DNA of 63,990 nt, counting the filler, from an uncultured Methanosarcinales archaeon (GTDB taxonomy: Archaea; Nanobdellota; Nanobdellia; Woesearchaeales; CAYPCY01), in assembly GCA_964409385.1 (NCBI GenBank). It is 7 parts of 5 records of this genome, joined end to end, with 100 filler letters (N's around TTAATTAATTAA, not from the genome) between each part and the next. Parts side by side here need not be neighbours in the genome. Positions count along the whole stretch, not along the records: positions 32,382 to 62,248 come from CAYPCY010000006.1; 6 more parts are not named here. One strand, written 5' to 3'. The notes under the pieces are model-generated. The model did not search any database. It was not told the origin of the DNA and saw only the letters and a list, made by a program, of their open reading frames with translations. A program made the position numbers and the translations under genes. This document shows positions 32,836-41,350 of the stretch, in pieces. Numbering within the stretch: the stretch's first letter is position 1; every line of letters starts with the position of its first letter.

Positions 32836-33174
32836 TTGAAAGGAGAGTCTTATAATGGAGAAATAACTAGCAAGTGGTTTCCTAAATGGGAAGGTAAAGC
32901 AAACATTCAATTACCTGCGGATTCTCTAGAGAATATTAATAAGATAGAGTCTGATGAGACAGTAAGAAAATTAGTGGCGGTAGTAGTTAGTAGCAATGGT
33001 CCAGAACGTGAATTAAGTGATAAAATTCCTTTTCCAGTATTTATTGATAATGATAAATTCAAGAAAGGATTATTTTCTTTTGATTTATTTGTTGGCGCCT
33101 CAATTAAAGATAAAGGTTGGGATTATTATGATTATCATTATCAATGGAAAGTATTATCTTCACTATCTAAATAA
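32836..33174 (+). CDS. Hypothetical protein
   Basis: 112-aa ORF, protein-like composition. Confidence 0.5.
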   Translation: MKGESYNGEITSKWFPKWEGKANIQLPADSLENINKIESDETVRKLVAVVVSSNGPERELSDKIPFPVFIDNDKFKKGLFSFDLFVGASIKDKGWDYYDYHYQWKVLSSLSK

Positions 33175-33319
33175 TGTAGCTCTGCTTACTCAATCTATTT
33201 CATAGTTTCCACGAATGGAATCTCCTAGATCTTAAGAGCAGAGCCATACACTATTAAATAAGAATTCTTTATAATGTTTTGGTTAAGTTTAAATATAGTC
33301 TAGAAACTCTTTATTTTAC

Positions 33320-33403
33320 GCCTCTGTGGCTCAGTGGTAGAGCGTTACCTTGGTATATAATACGAACAGGTAAAGGTCCCGAGTTCAACTCTCGGCAGAG
33401 GCT
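33320..33403 (+). tRNA. tRNA-Thr(GGU) with 12-nt intron at 37/38 (33356-33367)
   Basis: GCCTCTG-TG-GCTC-AGTGGTA-GAGC-G-TTACC-TTGGTA[TATAATACGAAC]A-GGTAA-AGGTC-CCGAG-TTCAACT-CTCGG-CAGAGGC-T. Confidence 0.9.
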
Positions 33404-33410
33404 TAACAGA

Positions 33411-33731
33411 TTATTTATTAATAGTATGCTTAAACAAATCATCATACTTTTGAATAATATTCAAAAAAGTGGTTGCTTTATACAAATCATCAGAATTTAT
33501 TGTTTTTTCAGGCGTTTTTAATGATTCTTCCCTGAAATAAGTATTGATTTCTAAAATATCAACAATATCATTTCTCTCAACAGAATCACTAAGTTCCTCA
33601 ATTTGAAGTTTATCAATTAATCTAGAAGTTTTTTTACTTACTAGCTTAGAAACAAACATATAACTACTATCAATTTTTTTAGTAGCACCGTATATTACCT
33701 CTACTCTATTAGTTAATTCTTTACCAATCAT
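33411..33731 (-). CDS. Hypothetical protein
   Basis: 106-aa ORF. Confidence 0.55.
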   Translation of the reverse strand: MIGKELTNRVEVIYGATKKIDSSYMFVSKLVSKKTSRLIDKLQIEELSDSVERNDIVDILEINTYFREESLKTPEKTINSDDLYKATTFLNIIQKYDDLFKHTINK

Positions 33732-33771
33732 ACCATGAAGAGACTTAGTATCACTTATTAATCTTTATATT

Positions 33772-34164
33772 TTATTTTATAACCCATGTTTGTAATACTA
33801 TTACAATAACTGCAATAATACTACTTATACCCTTTATCGCTATAAATCCAGGAGTTTCAATCCTAATAATAGGAAAACTAAATAATCCTGCAATCACAGC
33901 CAATGCACCTATTGTGAATGTAGTTAAATGATTAAAATTTTCTGGAGTTAATCCCTGAATCTTAAGTTTTTTTAAAGAATTAATATCTGCTTCTATCAAT
34001 AATCCAATACCAACAGTAAACATCAATCCTGCTTCAACAAATGATTGTATATTAATATCAAATAAACTCTTGCTTATAATCCCAACAAAACCTATAATAC
34101 TAACTATTGCCAGAACCATAATAAAACTATTTGAAAATTTAATTTTTCTCTTTAATTTTTTCAT
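33772..34164 (-). CDS. Four-TM membrane protein
   Basis: Four hydrophobic segments. Confidence 0.65.
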   Translation of the reverse strand: MKKLKRKIKFSNSFIMVLAIVSIIGFVGIISKSLFDINIQSFVEAGLMFTVGIGLLIEADINSLKKLKIQGLTPENFNHLTTFTIGALAVIAGLFSFPIIRIETPGFIAIKGISSIIAVIVIVLQTWVIK

Positions 34165-34190
34165 TATTTAGAATACATAAATCTATTTAT

Positions 34191-34826
34191 TTAAATATTT
34201 CTGAATCTATCCAAATAAAACCTGTCAAAATGATAAAATACCTCTTTTGAAACAGTATCAATAGAATTATTACCGTTAATCAAATGAATAAGACCATACA
34301 ATTTATCATCAACCCTACCAATCTCATAACATTCTTCATATTTACTTATTAACTCTTCAAGAAATACAGGATCTTCAAACTTTTCTTTCTTAATATCTCT
34401 ATTCTTCATTCTATTCATAGCCTCATTTAACGAAGTATTAATAAAAAAAGTAATATCAGAAGTTAAAACATCAGCCTCATTCTGCAAACCAATAATATCC
34501 TTATAATTCATCCCTTGAGTAGACTGGTATGCCTCAGTAGACATTCTATACCTATCACAAATAACAAACACACCATTATCAAGATTTGGACTTATTAACT
34601 TATTAGAATGTTCAATACGATCATCAATATATAATTTAGTCATCCTCTCAGCATCAGAATAAGCATCCTTATCATCAGCTAACTTATTCTTAATTTCATC
34701 ACTATCCCAAGGTTCATGAGTCAATAAAACATCGTTATACTTAGACAATTCTTGAATATGCTCGGCTAATCTTATTGCTTGAGTAGAAGTCCCTGCACCA
34801 TCAATACCCTCAAAAACAATAAACAT
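34191..34826 (-). CDS. tmk: Thymidylate kinase
   Basis: FIVFEGIDGAGTSTQ, THEP, VICDRY..S..AYQ, KFE. Confidence 0.9.
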   Translation of the reverse strand: MFIVFEGIDGAGTSTQAIRLAEHIQELSKYNDVLLTHEPWDSDEIKNKLADDKDAYSDAERMTKLYIDDRIEHSNKLISPNLDNGVFVICDRYRMSTEAYQSTQGMNYKDIIGLQNEADVLTSDITFFINTSLNEAMNRMKNRDIKKEKFEDPVFLEELISKYEECYEIGRVDDKLYGLIHLINGNNSIDTVSKEVFYHFDRFYLDRFRNI

Positions 34827-34857
34827 GCACTTAATGAAGATTTAATTCTTTAAAACA

Positions 34858-35049
34858 TTAAGCCTTCATCATTTTCTTATAAGCAGTGGTTTCCCTAAAC
34901 CAAGGACACAAATAACAACCAAGATAACAAAGCAAAACTAGAACAATAGCACTAGACCATAAGTTCACATCATTCTTCACACTAAATAATGCATAATATG
35001 CGAATAAGACCCAAACTATAAACTCACCAATTAATAATCCCCATTTCAT
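34858..35049 (-). CDS. Small membrane protein
   Basis: 63 aa, two TM. Confidence 0.55.
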   Translation of the reverse strand: MKWGLLIGEFIVWVLFAYYALFSVKNDVNLWSSAIVLVLLCYLGCYLCPWFRETTAYKKMMKA

Positions 35050-35081
35050 AATATTACTTATTATTATATATTATTTAAAAG

Positions 35082-35129
35082 TTTCTAAATTCGTTGAATT
35101 TTGAACTTTGAAATTTTTTAAATTTCAAA
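35082..35129. repeat. Two adjacent short palindromes (dispersed hairpin family)
   Basis: TTTCTAAATTCGTTGAATTTTGA is the reverse complement (1 mismatch) of 62447-62469; followed by TTTGAAATTT-TTT-AAATTTCAAA. Confidence 0.75.
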
Positions 35130-35171
35130 AGTTTCGAAAAGAAATATAAACTATCACTATTCATTCTTGTT

Positions 35172-35519
35172 ATGAAAAAGAAACCTCTTAATATTACCAT
35201 CACAATAATTATTCAAATAATAATTGGGCATATACTAGCATTCACTGGAACTTTTGTTGCAGGAGTCGGGAATGGTTGGGAATTAATATTTATTCCTTTC
35301 TGGTATAGTGTTGGGGTTTGGATTACTGGAGTTGTAAGCTTAAAAAAATATTTTAAGAAGAAACATTATTTTTTAACAATAATAGGAACAATAATAGGAA
35401 GTATTCTAGGAGTTGTACTGATTCTTATCACTCCCCCAATTGGTTTTATACAATTTTTCTTTCCGTTAATAGGCGCACTAGCAGGATTTTATTTTTTCTT
35501 AAGAAAGAATATTCTTTAA
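35172..35519 (+). CDS. Four-TM membrane protein
   Basis: Gly-rich hydrophobic helices. Confidence 0.6.
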   Translation: MKKKPLNITITIIIQIIIGHILAFTGTFVAGVGNGWELIFIPFWYSVGVWITGVVSLKKYFKKKHYFLTIIGTIIGSILGVVLILITPPIGFIQFFFPLIGALAGFYFFLRKNIL

Positions 35520-35789
35520 CTCTCCATTCTTATGAAGTTCTTCAACAATATCACAACCACCAATAAGTTTACCATTAACATATAATTGTGGAGTGGTTGG
35601 CCAGTCAGAATACTCTTTAATCTCATTTGCCAAGTTCATATCATCAAAAATATTAAAACTGGAAAATTCAACATTATAAGATTTTAAAATTCTAACAACC
35701 CTAGCTGAAAAACCACATGCTGGCATGTCAGTAGTTCCCTTCATCATAAGAAATATCTTACTTGAATTTATTACTTTCTCAACTTCCAT
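35499..35789 (-). CDS. grxD: Monothiol CGFS glutaredoxin
   Basis: MKGT...PACGFS, YSDWPT.PQLYV.G.LIGGCDI. Confidence 0.92.
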   Translation of the reverse strand: MEVEKVINSSKIFLMMKGTTDMPACGFSARVVRILKSYNVEFSSFNIFDDMNLANEIKEYSDWPTTPQLYVNGKLIGGCDIVEELHKNGELKNILS

Positions 35790-36027
35790 CTCCAGCCTCT
35801 ATAGATAATGCATGAATCTCAGTTCCCATTTCTTGTTTTAACGCCTTATACACTAGCTTATGCCTTTCTACAAGGCTCAAATCCTTAAAGGCAGACTCTA
35901 TAATTTTAAGCTTTAAGTGCAAACCACCATGATCATGACCATAATGTTGAGAACTAGTATTAACCAATTCAATACTAGAATTAGGAAATTCTTTTTTTAA
36001 CTTATTCTTAATATCTTCAATAGTCAT
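35779..36027 (-). CDS. bolA: BolA family protein
   Basis: H.GH...G.H....I....F...SLVERH.LVY.AL......IHALSI. Confidence 0.9.
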   Translation of the reverse strand: MTIEDIKNKLKKEFPNSSIELVNTSSQHYGHDHGGLHLKLKIIESAFKDLSLVERHKLVYKALKQEMGTEIHALSIEAGDGS

Positions 36028-36063
36028 TACTACTAGCAACTAATAAGAATTTATAAATATTTT

Positions 36064-36291
36064 TCAAACACTAATATCGATACAATGACACGTACCATCA
36101 TTACTAGCATCAAAAATACATGCAGGAGTTAAATTACCACATTCTAAACTGCAATCATCAACTGAAGAACATTCTACCGTACCATCATTCCTATCAATAT
36201 ACGCAAAAATAACCAATGCAAAAATAACAACTATGGCAATAGATGCTATTAATATCATGAAATTCCTGTCAGAAACATAACCTTTCTTCAT
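36064..36291 (-). CDS. Small membrane-anchored six-Cys protein
   Basis: MKKG..., one TM, C-X4-C-X3-C...C...C-X-C. Confidence 0.55.
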   Translation of the reverse strand: MKKGYVSDRNFMILIASIAIVVIFALVIFAYIDRNDGTVECSSVDDCSLECGNLTPACIFDASNDGTCHCIDISV

Positions 36292-36317
36292 GAAATTCTA
36301 TTTTATAATTTAGTATA

Positions 36318-36587
36318 TTAAATTTTGCTTTTTAACCAATTTTTATAATCAGGAAAGTAATTAGCAATAATCATAATATTAAACCTGGGAAGAATAAGCT
36401 CTTTAGGCTCTTTAGTAAGTAAAAATTTGAAAGATAACCTTAATAATTCCTCCTTGGAAAGTTTATTTTCGGTTAATTCTAAAGAATCCTCATTAGTCAC
36501 GGTTACTTTATGAACTGTTTCTCCAGAATCAGAAATTTTAACTTCGAAAGTGTTCTCATTAATTTCTTCAATACTAATCATTTCCAA
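36318..36587 (-). CDS. Hypothetical protein
   Basis: 89 aa; H.VTV...SF.FLL..EP...IL..F....I..YFP.Y looks like a conserved family. Confidence 0.6.
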   Translation of the reverse strand: MEMISIEEINENTFEVKISDSGETVHKVTVTNEDSLELTENKLSKEELLRLSFKFLLTKEPKELILPRFNIMIIANYFPDYKNWLKSKI

Positions 36588-36616
36588 AGCAATAAATAAA
36601 CTAAATAAAAACTTTT

Positions 36617-36913
36617 CTATTCTATAAGTCTTAAAAGCATGAAAGAATTATACAAGTAAGGAAATTGTTCTAAAGGAGTTCTTTTAAGAGTAGATCTAAA
36701 ATCATCTCTTGAAATATAATTATCTTTACCGCTTATTTCATCAAGTTTTTCTAAGTATTCCTCGAAATGTTTAGGAAACTCTTTCTTATTATAATGAATA
36801 ATTATCTCTTCAGACAAGATTTTATCAGAAAATTCAAAATTACAATTAATAAAACTATATTCAGGATTAGCCAATAAAACTCCGGTTGTTAATACTAATT
36901 CTTTCAGTTTCAT
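36617..36913 (-). CDS. Hypothetical protein
   Basis: 98-aa ORF. Confidence 0.5.
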   Translation of the reverse strand: MKLKELVLTTGVLLANPEYSFINCNFEFSDKILSEEIIIHYNKKEFPKHFEEYLEKLDEISGKDNYISRDDFRSTLKRTPLEQFPYLYNSFMLLRLIE

Positions 36914-36997
36914 TATTATAGAGAATGAATACTTATTTTTAAAGATTATATGTTTTTAGTAATAAATAATAAATATTACCTAATTCTACTATAACCT

Positions 36998-37270
36998 ATG
37001 GGATTAACAAATAAAATAAAACAATTATTCGGCAAGAAAGAAGAATCTAAAGAACAAGTCTCTAATAAACTGGCTTATTTACTAGAAAAGACAAAAAATA
37101 TTGATGATTTTATAATTAATTCAAAAGAAGGAAATTATATTCCACTACCTGAAGAATACTATGCTGATGATAACTTAATTCAACAATGGAATTATAGTAT
37201 TACTGCAATAAAAGTTATTAAAGAATGCAATCTTAACATACCTGGAGATTATCAAATAACTCCAGAATAA
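36998..37270 (+). CDS. Hypothetical protein
   Basis: 90-aa ORF. Confidence 0.5.
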   Translation: MGLTNKIKQLFGKKEESKEQVSNKLAYLLEKTKNIDDFIINSKEGNYIPLPEEYYADDNLIQQWNYSITAIKVIKECNLNIPGDYQITPE

Positions 37271-37291
37271 GTATTCAAGAACCTTTCTTAA

Positions 37292-37567
37292 TCAAAAAAA
37301 GTTAAGTTGACTTGATAAATCACTTTTTAATTTATTATCTTCATAAATTGTTTTCTCTAATTCTGCAACTACAATTTTTAGTTTAGAATTATTGGTGTTA
37401 TTAAATTTTGTTTTTAATTTTCTAAGGTCAAAATTGTGAGTATCGTCAATACTCCATAAGAAAGTATTATGATAAAAATCATTAACTTCTTCAAGTTTAT
37501 AATATTTTAATTGTTGAGAAATTAATGAAGCGTAAAAATCATAGATTGAATCATTTAATGGTTTCAT
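37292..37567 (-). CDS. Hypothetical protein
   Basis: 91-aa ORF. Confidence 0.45.
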   Translation of the reverse strand: MKPLNDSIYDFYASLISQQLKYYKLEEVNDFYHNTFLWSIDDTHNFDLRKLKTKFNNTNNSKLKIVVAELEKTIYEDNKLKSDLSSQLNFF

Positions 37568-37632
37568 AAGTAAATTCTACTTTAGAAATTTAAAAAGATG
37601 ATCAGAAAAGCATATAAATAGAGTATTGAGAA

Positions 37633-37715
37633 CGCCACGACCCGGATTTGAACCGGGAATCCCATACGGGACAAGAGTTCCAGTCTTGCGCAATACCAGA
37701 TTATGCGATCGTGGC
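37633..37715 (-). tRNA. tRNA-Ser(GGA)
   Basis: GCCACGA...CAAGA-CTGGAAC-TCTTG, long variable arm TCCCGTATGGGA, GGTTCAAATCC, TCGTGGC-G. Confidence 0.93.
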
Positions 37716-37813
37716 TTGTTCACTATCGCGACCAACACCAAAGTGTTAAGTATGCGATCGTGGCTTGTTCACTATCGCGACCAACACCAAAGTGTTAAGT
37801 ATGCGATCGTGGC
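37702..37813. repeat. 49-bp tandem array: 14-bp tRNA-Ser 5' end x3 separated by an identical 35-bp insert x2
   Basis: TATGCGATCGTGGC at 37702, 37751 and 37800. Confidence 0.92.
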
Positions 37814-37842
37814 AAATGAATTTAGAAACTAAAGAAGTGTTT

Positions 37843-38651
37843 TTATACTTTGCCTTTTTTCTTGTTTTTAGCAATATTAAGTTTAGCCTTTACTTTTCCT
37901 ATTAAAGGTTCGATTGATTCAAGCTGTTTATAGAATTTATTACCACTCCTAAGATCTAAATCTAAATAATTAGTCCTTAATAGTTCATTAATATCATCCA
38001 TAACAAATTGTGTTGAATTAATTTCTTGCACTGCCTTAATCTCTTTTCTTAATTCTTTTGCTTTTGACTGGTCTAAAATAGATTCAAAACCATATTCATA
38101 TTTTTTCCATAATAAATGATTAATACTATCTATTACTGTCTTTACAGCTGGAAGTTCGGCCTCTTGCTTATGGTTTTTTCTAACTGTCTTTTTTACTAGA
38201 TACTCAACTCTTAAATCAAGATTTTCTGCAATAACTTCTAAAGTATTAATTGAAGGAATTAAAAGTTTGTTCTCAAGATTATATATGTTAAGTTACTAAT
38301 GTTAGAAAGTTTTGCAATTTTACTCTTTGAAATTGCTTTTTTTAATATTCTACTTGTAGAATATACTTTTGAGATATATTCCTCTTGATTAAAATTTTTA
38401 CCCCAAAGTATTTGTTTATTACCCAAATTTACTCTTTTATTTTGGTCTAAATCAGTAAATAATAAAGGAATATACTCATCCGGAGTTATTTTTTTAAGAG
38501 TGCTAAATCTTGTTTCAGTACCCTTCTTCATTTTAGAACGTAAAATTCCAAAGGTCTTAGAATTCATACCTATTTGTTCAGACCATTCACCATAATTAAT
38601 ATTAAGTTCTTCTTTAACTTCTCCAAGCCTAGTATATAATCTTTCAGACAT
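37843..38651 (-). pseudogene. XRE-type HTH regulator with a frameshift near 38280 (pseudogene or sequencing error)
   Basis: ISKSKIAKLSNISNLT continues in a shifted frame as YNLENKLLIPSINTLEVIAENLDLRVEYL and joins ORF 37843..38031. Confidence 0.6.
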
Positions 38652-38685
38652 GAAGATAGAAATCTCTACAATTTTAAAAAATTAA

Positions 38686-39447
38686 CTACTTTATAATAAT
38701 ACCGACTGGACAATGGTCAGAACCCATAACTTTAGATAAAATGAATGCTTTTTCTAAATGTTTCCTAAAAATCTTTGAGATAATAAAATAATCAATACGC
38801 CAACCAACATTATTAGCACGAGCATTAAACATATAACTCCACCAAGTATAATTACTAGGTTCTTGATTAAACTCTCTAAAAGCATCTATAAAACCACTAT
38901 TTACATAATTAGTGAACCCTAACCTTTCCTCATCCGTAAATCCAGCATTTTTTCTGTTAGAACTAGGGTTTTTTAGGTCAATCTCCTTATGAGCAACATT
39001 CAAATCTCCACAAACAACCACTGGCTTTTTCTTCTCAAGTTTTTTAATGTGTTTTAAAAAGTCAACATCCCATTTTTGACGATATTTAAGCCTTGTAAGG
39101 CCACGTTGAGAGTTTGGAGTATAAACATTTACTAAAAAGAAAAAATCAAACTCTAAACTAATAATCCTGCCTTCTTTATCATGTTCTTCAATACCAATAC
39201 CATAATTAACTTGTAAAGGTTTAATCTTAGAAAAAACTGCAGTTCCAGAATATCCTTTTTTTTCTGCAGAATTCCAATATTCATGATGATAACCTAATTC
39301 ATCAATAATATGATCAACCTGATCAGGATGTGCTTTAGTTTCTTGAATACAAATAATATCAGGATTTTCAGAAGAAAGAAAATCTAAAAAACCTTTTTTT
39401 AATACTGCCCTAATACCATTAACATTCCAGGAAATAATCTTTGTCAT
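38686..39447 (-). CDS. xth: Exodeoxyribonuclease III / AP endonuclease
   Basis: SWNVNGIRA, QETK, GYSG, EGR, YTPN, GDLNVAH, GWRIDY, SDHCP. Confidence 0.95.
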   Translation of the reverse strand: MTKIISWNVNGIRAVLKKGFLDFLSSENPDIICIQETKAHPDQVDHIIDELGYHHEYWNSAEKKGYSGTAVFSKIKPLQVNYGIGIEEHDKEGRIISLEFDFFFLVNVYTPNSQRGLTRLKYRQKWDVDFLKHIKKLEKKKPVVVCGDLNVAHKEIDLKNPSSNRKNAGFTDEERLGFTNYVNSGFIDAFREFNQEPSNYTWWSYMFNARANNVGWRIDYFIISKIFRKHLEKAFILSKVMGSDHCPVGIIIK

Positions 39448-39528
39448 TTTCTGTCCTCCTGTTTAGAATTCTGAGAAATTAATTTCATAAAATAAGGTTT
39501 AGAAGAGAAAATATAAAAAACTATCTAT

Positions 39529-39710
39529 GCATCAACCATTTCAATCTCAATATTCAATCCTTCAGGCAGAAAAAATTAAAAACAATTTTGAGCCGTTCAG
39601 GCATCAACCATTTCAATCTCAATATTCAATCCTTCAGGCAGAAAAAATTAAAAACAATTTTGAGCCGTTCAGGCATCAACCATTTCAATCTCAATATTCA
39701 ATCCTTCAGG
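39529..39710. repeat. 72-bp tandem array: last 38 bp of rpsJ coding sequence x3 separated by an identical 34-bp insert x2
   Basis: GCATCAACCATTTCAATCTCAATATTCAATCCTTCAGG at 39529, 39601 and 39673. Confidence 0.93.
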
Positions 39711-39980
39711 TATAGGCACTCTCATAACAAGTCTTAAAGCTCTTTCATCAATACCAAGATCAATAAGTCGCTTATGAACTCTCATTTCATACCTTTCCCA
39801 AGTTGCAGTACCATCACCACAAGGACTTTTTCTAGTAGTAATCTTTAATTTTTTAGTAGGCAAAGGAATAGGACCTTTCATAATAACACCAGTCTTTTCA
39901 GAAATATCTTTAATGTAGTCAATAACTTCATTGACCTTACCAATTTCATTGCTTGCTAATTTAATTCTTGCCTTTTGCAT
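39669..39980 (-). CDS. rpsJ: 30S ribosomal protein S10 (uS10)
   Basis: [33 protein letters not shown]. Confidence 0.95.
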   Translation of the reverse strand: MQKARIKLASNEIGKVNEVIDYIKDISEKTGVIMKGPIPLPTKKLKITTRKSPCGDGTATWERYEMRVHKRLIDLGIDERALRLVMRVPIPEGLNIEIEMVDA

Positions 39981-40008
39981 TTTAAAAAATAAAAAGTAAA
40001 AAGAAGAC

Positions 40009-41292
40009 TTAGTTTTTCTTCTTAACTAAGTCAGTACACATACCAGCTGCTACTGTAACACCCGAATCTCTAATTGCGAATCTAGACATCTGAGGAATTT
40101 CAGATTGTTTTTCAATAACTAGAGGTTGTACAGGTTTTATCTTAACGATAGCCGCATCTCCATTCTTAATAAAATCAGGATTTTCTTGCGTAGTTTCTCC
40201 AGTTTGTGGATTCAACTTCTTCTCAATAGCAGTAATTTGACAAGCTATTTGAGCAGTGTGAATGTGGAATACTGGTGTATAACCAACAGTAATAACACTA
40301 GGGTGATTCAACACAATAATTTGTGCAGTGAATTCCGAAGCTACAGTTGGAACATTTGCAGTGGTTCCTAAAACGTCTCCTCTTGCAATGTCTTTTTTAC
40401 CAAATCCTCTCACGCTAAACCCTATATTATCACCTGGGATTGCTTGAGTAACTTGAGAATGATGCATCTCAATAGTCTTAACTTCGCCAGTAACTCCAGT
40501 ACCTTCTCTTCCAGGAACTGCAGTAACCTTATCTCCGACCTTCATAATTCCTGTTTCTACTTTTCCAACAGGAACAACACCAATACCAGTAATATTATAA
40601 ACATCCTGGATAGGAAGTCTTAATGGTAACTTAGTTGGTTTTTCAGGTTCTTCAATTTCATTAATAGTTTCTAGTAAATTCTTACCAGTGTACCAAGACA
40701 TATTTTCACTCTTCTTAGTAATATTATCTCCAGGAAGTGAAGCTACAGGTACATACTTAACAGCGTCAGGTTTGTATCCAACACTAGCAACTAGCTTGGA
40801 TACTTGATCCTTAACATCATTGAAAGTTCCTTCAGCATAAGCTTTCATATCCATCTTATTAACAGCAACTATTAATTGATTAACACCGAAAGTTTTTGCT
40901 AAGAATACGTGTTCTTTAGTCTGAGCCATTACACCATCATTAGCCGCAACTACTAATACTGCAGCATCAGCTTGTGAAGCACCAGTAATCATGTTCTTAA
41001 TGAAATCTTTGTGTCCTGGTGCATCAATAATAGTGAAGTAATACTTATCAGTTTCAAACTTTTTGTGAGCAAGATCAATTGTTACTCCTCTTTCTCTCTC
41101 CTCTTTTAAGTTATCCATTACAAAAGCAAATTCAAACCCTTTTTTTCCTAATTCTTGGGCTTTTTCTTTTAACTTCCTCATAGTTTGCTCCTCAATATTT
41201 CCACTATCAAAAAGCAATCTACCTACACTAGTAGATTTTCCGTGGTCTACGTGACCAATAAATACAAGGTTTACGTGTGGTTTTTCAGCCAT
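40009..41292 (-). CDS. tuf: Elongation factor 1-alpha
   Basis: [36 protein letters not shown]. Confidence 0.97.
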   Translation of the reverse strand: MAEKPHVNLVFIGHVDHGKSTSVGRLLFDSGNIEEQTMRKLKEKAQELGKKGFEFAFVMDNLKEERERGVTIDLAHKKFETDKYYFTIIDAPGHKDFIKNMITGASQADAAVLVVAANDGVMAQTKEHVFLAKTFGVNQLIVAVNKMDMKAYAEGTFNDVKDQVSKLVASVGYKPDAVKYVPVASLPGDNITKKSENMSWYTGKNLLETINEIEEPEKPTKLPLRLPIQDVYNITGIGVVPVGKVETGIMKVGDKVTAVPGREGTGVTGEVKTIEMHHSQVTQAIPGDNIGFSVRGFGKKDIARGDVLGTTANVPTVASEFTAQIIVLNHPSVITVGYTPVFHIHTAQIACQITAIEKKLNPQTGETTQENPDFIKNGDAAIVKIKPVQPLVIEKQSEIPQMSRFAIRDSGVTVAAGMCTDLVKKKN

Positions 41293-41350
41293 TTTTTTCC
41301 TCCGAATATTTGAATAAATTAAAGCAAAGTTGAAGTCTTTAAAAAGTTAA

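Noticed and set aside
37702..37813. CRISPR array or prophage att site at tRNA-Ser
   Set aside because: Identical inserts, repeat only 14 bp from the tRNA 5' end, no integrase or viral genes nearby
32483..38651. Integrated virus or plasmid among the orphan genes between tRNAs
   Set aside because: No integrase, capsid, packaging ATPase or replication gene; housekeeping tmk, grxD and bolA are interspersed
39529..39710. CRISPR array (38-bp repeats, 34-bp spacers, ATTGAAAT-like motif)
   Set aside because: Spacers are identical, the repeat is rpsJ coding sequence, and no cas operon or leader is present
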